Positions 9,078 to 18,776 of a stretch of DNA of 64,000 bases are shown piece after piece (positions within the stretch are counted from its first letter, which is position 1; each line of letters starts with the position of its first letter). The notes under the pieces were generated by a model that saw nothing but the letters and a program-made list of their open reading frames with translations, made no database searches and had not been told where the DNA came from. Source of the DNA: Clostridia bacterium. GTDB taxonomy: Bacteria > Bacillota > Clostridia > Christensenellales > Borkfalkiaceae. Both the position numbers and the translations under genes were made by a program. The stretch spans positions 22,400 through 86,399 of the forward strand of contig JAGHJS010000046.1 in NCBI GenBank assembly GCA_017886545.1, read 5' to 3'.

Positions 9078-11588
9078 ATGGCGAAATTCTTTGCGGAAAC
9101 CATAGGGAAGAATAGCAGGATCGACCGCTTAAAGGATGACCTGTTTCGCAAAATGCCGGAAATAGAATCGGCGCGCGCCAGGCTGCTTACCGAATCGTAC
9201 AGACAAACGGAAGGTGAGCCCGTTATTCTGCGCCGAGCAAAAGCCTTTTTGCATATCCTGCAAAATATCCCGATCATAATCCGCGACGGCGAACTCGTCG
9301 TCGGCAGCACGACTCTTGCGCCGCGCGGCTGCCAGACCTATCCCGAATTTTCCTACGAATGGCTTGAAGCGGAATTTGACACCGTGGCGACGCGCAGCGC
9401 AGATCCTTTTTATATTTCGGACGCAGCGAAAAAAGAGATCGCCGAAGCGGATACATATTGGAAAGGGAAAACGACGAGCGAACTGGCGACGGCATATATG
9501 GCGCCCGAGGCGCGCCGCGCCATTGAACACAACATCTTTACGCCCGGAAACTATTTTTACAACGGCGTCGGACATGTGACGGTACATTACGATTGGGTGC
9601 TCGCCGTCGGCTTTTCGGGTATCGCCGAACGGGCAAAAACGGCGCTTGATGCCTGTAAAGTTTCTGACGCCGACTATGCACGCCGTTCCCGCTTTTTGCA
9701 GGCGGTGCTCATCTCCTGTGAGGCGGCGATCGTCTATGCAAAACGTTATGCCGCGCTCGCAAAAGAGCTGGCGCAAAAGGAGACAAACGCGGACCGCAGA
9801 AAAGAACTTCTGACCATCGCTGAAAACTGTGAGCATGTACCCGAGCATGGGGCGCGCAGCTTTTGGGAGGCCTGCCAGGCGTTTTGGTTCGTGCAGCAGC
9901 TGTTACAGATCGAATCGAGCGGGCACTCCATTTCTCCCGGGCGTTTCGACCAATACATGTATCCTTATTATAAAAAGGATCTGGACGAAGGGCGGATCAC
10001 GCGCGAGTTCACGCAGGAACTTATCGACTGCATCTGGATCAAACTCAACGATCTCAACAAATGCCGTGACGCAGCCAGCGCAGAAGGGTTTGCAGGTTAC
10101 AGCCTGTTCCAGAACCTGATCGTCGGCGGGCAGAACGCGGAAGGGCTTGACGTAACGAACGACCTTTCGTATATGTGCCTGACGGCCTCCATGCACGTCA
10201 TGCTGCCGCAGCCTTCGCTGTCCATCCGCGTGTGGAACGGTTCGCCGCACGAACTCCTCATTCACGCGGCGGAAGTTACGCGCACGGGCGTGGGACTGCC
10301 CGCTTACTACAACGACGAGGTGATCATCCCGTCGCTGATGAGCAGAGGACTGACACTGCAGGATGCTCGCGAGTACAACATCATCGGCTGCGTCGAGCCG
10401 CAGAAGGCGGGCAAAACGGAAGGCTGGCACGACGCGGCGTTCTTCAACATGTGCCGCCCGCTCGAACTTGTGTTCTCCGACGGCATGGACAAAGGGGAAC
10501 TGGTCGGCATTCACACAGGCGACGTAACGAAGTTCAAAACCTTTGAAGAGTTTTATGACGCCTATAAAGCGCAGATGGAGTATGCCATTTCACTGCTCGT
10601 GAATGCGGATAACGCCATCGACGTGGCGCATGCGGAGCGCTGCCCGCTCCCGTTCCTTTCCTGCATGATCGAGGACTGCATCGGCCGCGGCAAGACCGTA
10701 CAGGAGGGCGGCGCCGTCTACAATTTTACGGGCCCGCAGGGCTTCGGCATCGCAAACATGGCGGATTCGCTCTATGCCATCAAGACGCTCGTGTTCGACG
10801 AAAAGAAAGTCACGCTCGAGGAGTACCGCCGCGCCCTGGCAGAAAATTACGGGAAGGGGTTGCCTGCTTCCGAAGTGGAATACATTTTAAGCGAAGTCGT
10901 CAAAGACCTGCGCCGGGCAGGAAAGCGCATCGACGAAAGCGGCATCGCGGCGGCGGCGAAGACGCTCATGGCGCCGACTAACAAATACGACAAGCTGCTC
11001 GCCATGATCGACGCCGTGCCGAAATTCGGCAACGACATCGAAGAGGTGGACGCATTTGCGCGCGACGTCGCATACACCTATACGCGTCCGCTCGAAAAGC
11101 ATAAAAACCCGCGCGGCGGACAATTCCAGGCAGGGCTGTATCCCGTTTCGGCGAACGTACCGCTCGGTGCGCAGACGGGCGCGACCCCCGACGGCAGGCT
11201 GGCGGGCAAACCCGTTGCGGACGGGGTATCGCCCTCGGCGGGCAAAGATACGCACGGCCCGACGGCTACGGCAAATTCCGTATCGCGGCTCGATCATTTT
11301 ATCGCGTCGAACGGCACCCTGTTCAACCAGAAGTTCCATCCCTCCGCGCTCAGCGGGCGGAAGGGTCTGGAGAATTTTGTGGCGCTCATCCGTTCGTACT
11401 TTGACCAGAAGGGAAGTCACATGCAGTTCAACGTCGTGTCCCGCGAAACGCTGCTCGATGCGCAGAAACACCCCGAAAATTACAAACACCTCGTCGTCCG
11501 CGTCGCGGGCTACAGCGCACTGTTCACAACGCTTTCGCGCAGCCTGCAGGATGACATCATCAATCGCACCGAGCAACAGGGGATGTGA
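9078..11588 (+). CDS. B12-independent 1,2-propanediol dehydratase (glycyl radical enzyme)
   Basis: Thiyl loop IIGCVEP and glycyl motif VRVAGYS. Diol-dehydratase segments NGVGHVTV, SSGHSISPGRFD, WHDAA and LYPVSAN (Val, as in propanediol rather than glycerol dehydratase). Start reassigned to the ATG after GGAGGAAAGGAG. Confidence 0.9.
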   Translation: MAKFFAETIGKNSRIDRLKDDLFRKMPEIESARARLLTESYRQTEGEPVILRRAKAFLHILQNIPIIIRDGELVVGSTTLAPRGCQTYPEFSYEWLEAEFDTVATRSADPFYISDAAKKEIAEADTYWKGKTTSELATAYMAPEARRAIEHNIFTPGNYFYNGVGHVTVHYDWVLAVGFSGIAERAKTALDACKVSDADYARRSRFLQAVLISCEAAIVYAKRYAALAKELAQKETNADRRKELLTIAENCEHVPEHGARSFWEACQAFWFVQQLLQIESSGHSISPGRFDQYMYPYYKKDLDEGRITREFTQELIDCIWIKLNDLNKCRDAASAEGFAGYSLFQNLIVGGQNAEGLDVTNDLSYMCLTASMHVMLPQPSLSIRVWNGSPHELLIHAAEVTRTGVGLPAYYNDEVIIPSLMSRGLTLQDAREYNIIGCVEPQKAGKTEGWHDAAFFNMCRPLELVFSDGMDKGELVGIHTGDVTKFKTFEEFYDAYKAQMEYAISLLVNADNAIDVAHAERCPLPFLSCMIEDCIGRGKTVQEGGAVYNFTGPQGFGIANMADSLYAIKTLVFDEKKVTLEEYRRALAENYGKGLPASEVEYILSEVVKDLRRAGKRIDESGIAAAAKTLMAPTNKYDKLLAMIDAVPKFGNDIEEVDAFARDVAYTYTRPLEKHKNPRGGQFQAGLYPVSANVPLGAQTGATPDGRLAGKPVADGVSPSAGKDTHGPTATANSVSRLDHFIASNGTLFNQKFHPSALSGRKGLENFVALIRSYFDQKGSHMQFNVVSRETLLDAQKHPENYKHLVVRVAGYSALFTTLSRSLQDDIINRTEQQGM

Positions 11589-11590
11589 CC

Positions 11591-12388
11591 ATGGCGGAAA
11601 ACTATCTGGACGAGCGCGGCAGGATCTTTGATATTCAGCGCTACTCCATTCACGACGGTTCGGGCATCCGTACCATTGTGTTCCTGAAGGGCTGCGTATT
11701 GCGCTGCAAATGGTGCTGCAATCCCGAATCGCAGGAATATAAGATCCAGACGATGACCGTGCAGGGGAAGGAAAAGACTGTCGGGCAGGACATTACGGTG
11801 CGCGAAGTGCTCGAAATTGTCGAGCGCGACCGCACATACTACCGCCGCAGCAACGGGGGCATGACCCTTTCGGGCGGCGAAAGCCTGTGCCAGCCCGCCT
11901 TTTGCGAAGCGTTGCTGCGCGGCGCGAAGGAACACGGTCTGACGACGGCAATGGAGAGTATGGCGTGCGCGGAGTGGAGCGTGATCGAAAAGATCCTTCC
12001 GTACCTCGATACCTATCTCATGGACATCAAGCATACGGATCCCGAAAAGCACCGCAGGTTTACGGGCAGAAGCAACGAACTGATGCTTGAAAATGCAAAA
12101 AAGGTCGCAGCGAGCGGGCTTACGGAACTGATCGTACGCGTGCCCGTCGTACCGACGTTCAACTGCACGCAGCCCGAGATCGAAAGCATCGCACGGTTTG
12201 CGGCGTCACTTCCTGGTGTAAAGAAGATGCATCTCCTGCCGTATCATCGTTTGGGGCAAGATAAATACGACGGGCTCGGAAGAAAGTATGAACTTGCAGA
12301 CATTCTACCGCCCGACAACGAAACGATGGATCGGCTCGCCGCAGCCGCCCGCCGCGTTTCAGGGCTGGACGTACAGATCGGCGGGTAA
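11591..12388 (+). CDS. Glycyl-radical enzyme activating enzyme (radical SAM)
   Basis: HDGSGIRT-VFLKGC-LRC-WC-NPES, LSGGE and LLPYH motifs; no ferredoxin insert. Confidence 0.95.
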   Translation: MAENYLDERGRIFDIQRYSIHDGSGIRTIVFLKGCVLRCKWCCNPESQEYKIQTMTVQGKEKTVGQDITVREVLEIVERDRTYYRRSNGGMTLSGGESLCQPAFCEALLRGAKEHGLTTAMESMACAEWSVIEKILPYLDTYLMDIKHTDPEKHRRFTGRSNELMLENAKKVAASGLTELIVRVPVVPTFNCTQPEIESIARFAASLPGVKKMHLLPYHRLGQDKYDGLGRKYELADILPPDNETMDRLAAAARRVSGLDVQIGG

Positions 12389-12433
12389 ACGGCGCCGACG
12401 GAAAACGGGGCATTGCCCGACGGAGAAATCATT

Positions 12434-12811
12434 ATGGATCTGAACGATCTGACAAAGAGCACGGAAAAACTGCGCATCGTCCAGGAGCTTGTTCCCGGCA
12501 AACAGATCACGATCGCGCACGTCATTGCAAACCCGGATAAGATCTTATATAAAAAGCTCGGTCTTGACCCCGCCGTCGATTACAGCAGTGCGGCGATCGG
12601 GATCGTTACGGTCAGCCCGGCAGAAACGGCGATCATCCTCGCCGACGTTTCCGTTAAGGCCTCGGGAGTCGAACTCGGGTTCGTCGACCGTTTCAGCGGC
12701 ACCCTCATCGTAACGGGCACGGTATCGCAGACTGAAGCGGCCCTTGACGCCCTCGTTGCCTATGCGCGTGACCGGCTCGGCTTCGTCTGCTGTCCCATAA
12801 CAAAAACCTGA
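12434..12811 (+). CDS. BMC shell protein, permuted hexamer (PduU/EutS-like)
   Basis: RIVQELVPGKQITIAHVIANP and GFVDRFSGTL motifs. Confidence 0.9.
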   Translation: MDLNDLTKSTEKLRIVQELVPGKQITIAHVIANPDKILYKKLGLDPAVDYSSAAIGIVTVSPAETAIILADVSVKASGVELGFVDRFSGTLIVTGTVSQTEAALDALVAYARDRLGFVCCPITKT

Positions 12812-12812
12812 C

Positions 12813-13292
12813 ATGCGCAAGATCATGCTTGTCGGCCGTTCCGGGGCGGGCAAAACGACGCTGACGCAGGCATTGAAAGGGGAACGTCTCGTCTACCGGA
12901 AAACGCAGTATGTCGACTTCACGGGCGCGCTCATCGATACCCCGGGGGAATACATTCAGACAAAGCAACTTGGCAATGCGCTCGCACTCTATGCCTACGA
13001 AGCGGATGTTGTCGGGCTTTTGCTTGCGGCAGACGAACCCTATTCCCTGTACCCGCCCTGCATAACATGCATGGTAAACAGAGAGGTGATCGGCATTGTA
13101 ACAAAGGTCGACGCCCCGAACGGGCAGCCGCAGCGCGCCGCCGGATGGCTGAAACTTGCAGGGTGCGGAAAAATTTTTTTCGTCTCCTCACGCACGGGCG
13201 AGGGCATCGCCGAAATTTTCTCCTATCTGAAAGAAGAAGGGGACATCTTTCCCTGGGAACAAAACAAAAAACAACCAAAAACCACAAAATAA
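12813..13292 (+). CDS. EutP/PduV microcompartment GTP-binding protein
   Basis: GRSGAGKTTL, KTQ, IDTPGEY and VTKVD motifs. Confidence 0.92.
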   Translation: MRKIMLVGRSGAGKTTLTQALKGERLVYRKTQYVDFTGALIDTPGEYIQTKQLGNALALYAYEADVVGLLLAADEPYSLYPPCITCMVNREVIGIVTKVDAPNGQPQRAAGWLKLAGCGKIFFVSSRTGEGIAEIFSYLKEEGDIFPWEQNKKQPKTTK

Positions 13293-13315
13293 TACAGAAT
13301 ATTATTGAATATATG

Positions 13316-13344
13316 TTGACTTTTGTGGAGTTGTGTTGTATAAT
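13316..13344 (+). promoter_or_regulatory. Internal sigma-A promoter P2 of the BMC locus
   Basis: TTGACT-17 nt-TATAAT; its spacer resembles that of P1. Confidence 0.8.
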
Positions 13345-13381
13345 AAAATCGAAAAATCAAAGGAATCCACGAGGTGCAAAA

Positions 13382-14188
13382 ATGATCAACGAATACGAAA
13401 TCAAAAAAGAGATCTGTGACATCGGCAAACGCATTTACAACCGCGGCATGGTCGCTTCCAACGACGGCAATATTTCCGTCAAGCTGAACGACCACGAATT
13501 TCTTTGCACGCCGACCGGGGTGAGCAAAGGTTTTATGACGCCCGAGTATATCTGCAAAGTCGACGAAAACGGGAACGTGTTGCAGGCGAACAAGGGGTTC
13601 AAACCTTCCTCCGAGATCAAGATGCACATGCGCGTCTACAAAGAGCGCCCCGACGTCAATTCCGTCGTGCACGCGCATCCGATGTACGCCACGGCGTTTG
13701 CGATCGCCGGTATCCCGCTCACACAGCCCATCATGCCCGAAGCCGTCATTGCGCTCGGCTGCGTGCCCATCGCGGAGTACGGCACACCTTCTACAGAGGA
13801 GATCCCCAACGCTGTTTCTAAGTATTTGCAGTATTTCGACGCCGTTCTTCTGGAAAACCACGGCGCGCTGACGTACGGAGACAGCCTGCTGAACGCGTAT
13901 CACAAGATGGAATCCGTTGAATTTTATGCGCAGCTTCTGTTCCTTTCCAAACAGCTCGGCGGGCCGAAGGAACTGTCCAAATCGCAGGTCGAGCGCCTGT
14001 ATGAGATCCGCCGCAAATTCGGCATGAAGGGAAAACACCCCGCCGATATGTGCCTGAATGCGAAGGACGGGAAGCCCAGCTGCCATTCCTGCGGCAAATG
14101 CGAAGGGAGCTCCTGCGCACCGTCTTCTTCCGACAGCGACCTCGTGGCGGAGATCACGAAAAAGGTCATGCGCGAACTCGGTCTGTAA
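13382..14188 (+). CDS. Class II aldolase (fuculose/rhamnulose-1-phosphate aldolase) with C-terminal encapsulation peptide
   Basis: DGNISV, TPTG-SKG, PSSE-MH, VVHAHP and LENHG motifs; tail SDLVAEITKKVMRELGL. Confidence 0.9.
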   Translation: MINEYEIKKEICDIGKRIYNRGMVASNDGNISVKLNDHEFLCTPTGVSKGFMTPEYICKVDENGNVLQANKGFKPSSEIKMHMRVYKERPDVNSVVHAHPMYATAFAIAGIPLTQPIMPEAVIALGCVPIAEYGTPSTEEIPNAVSKYLQYFDAVLLENHGALTYGDSLLNAYHKMESVEFYAQLLFLSKQLGGPKELSKSQVERLYEIRRKFGMKGKHPADMCLNAKDGKPSCHSCGKCEGSSCAPSSSDSDLVAEITKKVMRELGL

Positions 14189-14189
14189 T

Positions 14190-14669
14190 ATGGACGAAAC
14201 GCGTATCGCAGAGGCGGTCGGGAAAGCCGTCCGCAGTCTGCTTCCGCGCAGCATAACGCCGCAGGAAGCGCACAAACTCGCCAAAGCGGTGCGCTGCCGC
14301 GCCCGCTCCATGGGCGTAAAGGCCGTGATCGCCGTTTCGGACGCACACGCAAACCCGATTTTATGTGAAGCCGAAGAAGGCGCTTATATCGCCTCCTGGG
14401 ATATTGCGCTCAACAAATCCTATACGGTCGTTGCTTTGAAGATGTCTACCGCCGCGTTGGCAGAACTTGCCGCACCCGGCGGAGAACTGTACGGCATTCA
14501 GTTTACGAACGGCGGGAAAATCGTTGTGTTCGGCGGCGGAGAGCCGTTGGAGTCGGAGGGCAGGATCATCGGCGGGCTTGGCGTGAGCGGCGGCAGCGCA
14601 CAGCAGGATACTGCATTGGCGGCTTACGGTAAACAGATTTTTAAGGAGATTTGCAGCGATGCTGAATGA
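14190..14669 (+). CDS. GlcG/HbpS heme-binding protein (PduO C-terminal domain-like)
   Basis: DIALNKSYT, FGGG-PL and GLGVSGGS-QD motifs; N-terminal amphipathic helix. Confidence 0.85.
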   Translation: MDETRIAEAVGKAVRSLLPRSITPQEAHKLAKAVRCRARSMGVKAVIAVSDAHANPILCEAEEGAYIASWDIALNKSYTVVALKMSTAALAELAAPGGELYGIQFTNGGKIVVFGGGEPLESEGRIIGGLGVSGGSAQQDTALAAYGKQIFKEICSDAE

Positions 14670-16041
14670 GTATGACATCGGAGAGATCGTCCGACAGGTC
14701 GTCGCCAAACTCAATATTCGGGAAAGCGGCGTCGGCATGGGCATCTTCGAAGACATGAACGAAGCGATCGCCGCCGCTAAAAAAGCGCAGGCGGTGTTGC
14801 GCGTCATGTCGATGGATCAGCGCGAAAAAATCATTTCGCGCATCCGTCAAAAGATCCTTGAAAATGCAGAAACGCTTGCCCGCATGGCCGTTGAAGAAAC
14901 GGGCATGGGCAATGTAGGGCACAAGATCCTCAAAAACAGGCTGGTCGCCGAAAAGACGCCGGGTACCGAAGACATAACGACCATCGCCTGGTCGGGAGAC
15001 CGCGGGCTGACCCTCATCGAAATGGGGCCTTTCGGCGTGATCGGCGCGATCACCCCCTGCACAAATCCCAGCGAAACCGTGCTGTGCAACAGCATCGGCA
15101 TGATCGCGGGCGGGAACACGGTCGTATTCAACGCACACCCCGCCGCGATCAAAACATCGAACTTCGCCGTTCGGTTGGTCAATGAGGCGTCCGTCGAAGC
15201 GGGCGGGCCCGAAAACATCGCCTGTTCGCTTGTAAAACCGACGCTCGAAAGCAGTAAGATCATGATGTCGCATAAAGACATTCACCTGATCGCCGCAACG
15301 GGCGGGCCGGGCGTCGTAACGGCGGTGCTCTCCTCGGGCAAACGCGGCATAGGAGCGGGGGCGGGCAATCCGCCCGCACTGGTCGACGAAACGGCGGACA
15401 TCCGCAAAGCCGCCGCCGATATAGTCAACGGCTGCACCTTCGACAACAACCTTCCCTGCATCGCCGAAAAGGAGATCGTCGCCGTCGATTCCATCGCAGA
15501 CGAGCTCATGCACTATATGGTGACCGAACAGGGCTGCTATCCCGCAAGCAAAGAGATCGTAGACAAACTTACCGCCACGGTCCTTACACTAAAGGGGCTG
15601 AACCGCAAATGCGTCGGGCGCAGCGCGAAAACGCTGCTCGCCATGGTCGGCGTAGAAGTTTCGGACGATATCCGCTGTATCGTGTTCGAAGGGGAGAAGG
15701 AGCATCCGCTCATCAGCGAAGAGCTGATGATGCCCATTCTCGGCATGGTGCGTGCGAAAGATTTTGACGACGCCGTAGAAAAAGCCGTATGGCTCGAACA
15801 CGGCAACCGCCATTCGGCGCACATCCATTCCAAAAACGTAGACAATATCACAAAATATGCGAAGGCGATCGACACGGCGATCCTCGTCAAGAACGGGCCT
15901 TCCTATTCCGCTATCGGTTTTGGGGGAGAGGGGTTCTGCACCTTCACCATCGCCAGCCGCACGGGAGAGGGGCTTACGAGCGCGGCGACCTTTACAAAGC
16001 GCCGCCGCTGTGTGATGTGCGACAGCCTCTGCATTCGCTGA
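14659..16041 (+). CDS. pduP: CoA-acylating propionaldehyde dehydrogenase (PduP/EutE)
   Basis: TPCTNP, ATGGPGVV, GAGNPP, FDNNLPCIAEKE and HSAHIHS motifs; N-terminal encapsulation peptide. Confidence 0.92.
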   Translation: MLNEYDIGEIVRQVVAKLNIRESGVGMGIFEDMNEAIAAAKKAQAVLRVMSMDQREKIISRIRQKILENAETLARMAVEETGMGNVGHKILKNRLVAEKTPGTEDITTIAWSGDRGLTLIEMGPFGVIGAITPCTNPSETVLCNSIGMIAGGNTVVFNAHPAAIKTSNFAVRLVNEASVEAGGPENIACSLVKPTLESSKIMMSHKDIHLIAATGGPGVVTAVLSSGKRGIGAGAGNPPALVDETADIRKAAADIVNGCTFDNNLPCIAEKEIVAVDSIADELMHYMVTEQGCYPASKEIVDKLTATVLTLKGLNRKCVGRSAKTLLAMVGVEVSDDIRCIVFEGEKEHPLISEELMMPILGMVRAKDFDDAVEKAVWLEHGNRHSAHIHSKNVDNITKYAKAIDTAILVKNGPSYSAIGFGGEGFCTFTIASRTGEGLTSAATFTKRRRCVMCDSLCIR

Positions 16042-16071
16042 AAACAGATTTTTGCAAACAGGAGTTTATTC

Positions 16072-17274
16072 ATGGACAGCAAAAACATTGAAGAGATCGT
16101 AAAGAAAGTGCTGGAAAGCATGACGGGAACTTCCGTTTCCGCGGGCTCTCCGCACACGGCTGCCGCTGGCATTCCCAAGACGGCGCGCGTTGCAAAACTT
16201 GTGGAAAAGGGACGCTTTGAATTGCAGGAATATCCCATTCCCGAAGTAGGCGACGGCGACATCCTCGTTAAAGTCGAAGGCTGCGGCGTCTGCGGCACGG
16301 ACGCGCATGAATTCAAGAATGATCCGTTCGGACTGATCCCCGTCGTGCTCGGGCACGAGGGCACGGGCGAGATCGTGAAGATGGGCAAAAACGTCAAAAA
16401 AGACAGCGCAGGGAAAGAGCTGCATGTCGGCGACAAAGTCGTCACCTGCATGATCTTCAAAGACAATCCCGACATCACGATGTTTGACCTGAACAAGCAG
16501 AACGTCGGCGGGGCAGACGTGTACGGGCTTCTTCCCGATGACGACGTGCATTTCAACGGCTGGTTTGCCGATTATATCCTTATCCGCAAGGGGAGCACGG
16601 TTTTCAACGTTTCCGATCTCGACCTCAATTCGCGCGTACTCATCGAACCGTGCGCCGTGCTCGTACATGCGGTCGAACGTGCCAAAACGACGGGCATCCT
16701 GCGGTTCAACAGCCGCGTAGCGGTACAGGGTTGCGGTCCGATCGGGCTGATCTGCATCGCCGTGCTGCGCACGATGGGCATTGAAAACATCACCGCAGTC
16801 GACGGCGAACCGAAGCGCCTCGAATTTGCCAAGAGGATGGGGGCAAGCAAGACCGTCAATTTCAAAGAGCATAAAGACGTAACGAGCCTGGCAGCCGCCG
16901 TCGCCGATACGTTCGGCGGGCATCTCGCGGATTTCGCGTTCCAGTGCACAGGTTCGCCCGTGGCGCATGCAAATATCTACAAATTTATCCGCAACGGCGG
17001 CGGTCTGTGCGAGCTTGGATTCTTCATCAACGGCGGCGACGCAACGATCAACCCGCATTTCGACATCTGCGCCAAGGAGATCACGACGGTCGGTTCCTGG
17101 GTCTATACCTTGCGCGACTACGCGACGACCTTCGATTTCCTCAAGCGCGCAAAGGGCATCGGTCTGCCGATGGACGACCTGATCACCCACAGGTTCCCGC
17201 TCGAACAGATCAACGAGGCGCTCAAGACCAATCTGAGCATGCAGGGACTGAAAATTGCGGTCATCAACAAGTAA
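16072..17274 (+). CDS. Zinc-dependent alcohol (propanol) dehydrogenase with N-terminal encapsulation peptide
   Basis: CGVCGTD, LGHEGTGE and GCGPIG motifs; N-terminus MDSKNIEEIVKKVLESM. Confidence 0.88.
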   Translation: MDSKNIEEIVKKVLESMTGTSVSAGSPHTAAAGIPKTARVAKLVEKGRFELQEYPIPEVGDGDILVKVEGCGVCGTDAHEFKNDPFGLIPVVLGHEGTGEIVKMGKNVKKDSAGKELHVGDKVVTCMIFKDNPDITMFDLNKQNVGGADVYGLLPDDDVHFNGWFADYILIRKGSTVFNVSDLDLNSRVLIEPCAVLVHAVERAKTTGILRFNSRVAVQGCGPIGLICIAVLRTMGIENITAVDGEPKRLEFAKRMGASKTVNFKEHKDVTSLAAAVADTFGGHLADFAFQCTGSPVAHANIYKFIRNGGGLCELGFFINGGDATINPHFDICAKEITTVGSWVYTLRDYATTFDFLKRAKGIGLPMDDLITHRFPLEQINEALKTNLSMQGLKIAVINK

Positions 17275-17286
17275 TCGGAGCAGGGC

Positions 17287-17601
17287 ATGGCTAAGGCAGT
17301 AGGGATTCTGGAAGTGTTCGGACTGACGACGGCTTTTGTAGCGGCGGATGCAGGCTGCAAGGCGGCGGATGTTACCATTGAACGCTTTGATAAAAACAAA
17401 CCGGCAAATGCGGATTCGCTTCCCGTGCCGCTTATTGTGGCGATCAAATTCCGCGGCGATGTGGCGGCGGTCGAGGCGGCAATGGCCGCTGCGACGGAAA
17501 CGGCAAAAGCGATGACGGGCGTTGTGAGCAGTTATGTGATCCCCAATCCCGAGCGCCCAACGGAAAAGATGCTCAAACTCAGCGGATTGGATAAAAGCTG
17601 A
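17287..17601 (+). CDS. BMC hexamer shell protein
   Basis: AVGILEV-G...AADAGCKAADV and RGDVAAVEAA. Confidence 0.9.
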   Translation: MAKAVGILEVFGLTTAFVAADAGCKAADVTIERFDKNKPANADSLPVPLIVAIKFRGDVAAVEAAMAAATETAKAMTGVVSSYVIPNPERPTEKMLKLSGLDKS

Positions 17602-17659
17602 AAAAATCTGAGCGCATCTTGCGCATTACAAATAAAACTAATTTTCGGAGGATAACAAA

Positions 17660-17935
17660 ATGGCAAAGGAAGCATTGGGAATGATCGAAACGAGGGGACT
17701 CGTTGCGGCGATCGAAGCGGCAGACGCAATGGTGAAAGCGGCGGAAGTTTCGCTCATCGGCACCGAAAAGATCGGCAGCGGCTTGGTGAGCGTTATGGTG
17801 CGCGGCGACGTCGGTGCCGTCAACGCGGCGGTCGAGGCGGGCGCAAACAACGCATCCCGTCTTGGCGAGTTGGTAGCCAAGCACGTAATTCCCCGTCCTC
17901 ACGCAGACGTTGAAAAGATCCTTCCGAAGCTGTAA
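17660..17935 (+). CDS. BMC hexamer shell protein (PduA/EutM-like)
   Basis: [24 protein letters not shown]...HVIPRPH. Confidence 0.96.
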   Translation: MAKEALGMIETRGLVAAIEAADAMVKAAEVSLIGTEKIGSGLVSVMVRGDVGAVNAAVEAGANNASRLGELVAKHVIPRPHADVEKILPKL

Positions 17936-17962
17936 GCAGCCGCGTGACTGCCGGAGGTACTC

Positions 17963-18301
17963 ATGGGAAAATCATTCGGTTTTATCGAAATATCCGGCGT
18001 AGCGGCGGCAGTGGATGCGCTCGACATCATGTGCAAGGCGGCGAATATTGAGTTTGTCACCTGGGAACGGAAATTGGGCGGACGGCTCGTTACCGTCATC
18101 GTCCGCGGCGATGTTTCGGCGGTCACCGAAGCGGTGGAAGCCGCTGCGGCACGCGCGATCAAAAAACCCGTTGCAAAGGCCGTTATCGCGAATCCTCATT
18201 CCGAAACCAGGCGCATGGTGGCAATATCCGCCTCAAGGCTGAAAGATCGGACAAAGGCGGAACCGGTTCAGACAGGAACGCCGGAAGGCGAACCGAAATA
18301 A
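17963..18301 (+). CDS. BMC hexamer shell protein
   Basis: GFIEISG-AAVDALDIMCKAANI, RGDVSAV and VIANPH. Confidence 0.9.
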   Translation: MGKSFGFIEISGVAAAVDALDIMCKAANIEFVTWERKLGGRLVTVIVRGDVSAVTEAVEAAAARAIKKPVAKAVIANPHSETRRMVAISASRLKDRTKAEPVQTGTPEGEPK

Positions 18302-18338
18302 ATCAACTTAAAAATTATTTGAAGGAGGCAAAAGAACT

Positions 18339-18620
18339 ATGTCACTCGAAGCATTGGGAATGATCGAAACGAGAGGTCTTGTTGCGGCGATCGAAGCGGC
18401 GGATGCCATGCTCAAAGCGGCGAATGTCGTCCTCATCGGCACCGAAAAGATCGGCAGCGGCTTGGTGAGCGTCATGGTGCGCGGCGATGTCGGCGCTGTC
18501 AACGCGGCGGTCGAAGCTGGCGCAAACAACGCGTCTAAGCTCGGCGAACTCGTTGCCAAGCACGTCATTCCTCGTCCTCATGCAGACGTTGAAAAGATTC
18601 TTCCCACTCTTGCGAAGTAA
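18339..18620 (+). CDS. BMC hexamer shell protein (PduA/EutM-like), paralog of 17660..17935
   Basis: [24 protein letters not shown]...HVIPRPH. Confidence 0.96.
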   Translation: MSLEALGMIETRGLVAAIEAADAMLKAANVVLIGTEKIGSGLVSVMVRGDVGAVNAAVEAGANNASKLGELVAKHVIPRPHADVEKILPTLAK

Positions 18621-18776
18621 TCGCGCAGGCGGGGCAATGCCGCGCGCCTGAGCGCGCGGCATGAAGCCGCCGCTTGCAGCCGGAAACGTGCAATGCACCC
18701 GGATACGGGCGGCGCTGTTTCTATCGGAACGGGACCCAACCGTCACTGCCCCGCAGGGCAGGAAAGGCAGGATGCA

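Noticed and set aside
9078-11588. GRE as pyruvate formate-lyase, choline TMA-lyase (CutC) or glycerol dehydratase
   Set aside because: Single-Cys GCVEP rather than the PFL Cys-Cys pair. The GHS/HDAA/YPVSA segments and the neighbouring aldolase fit propanediol dehydratase.
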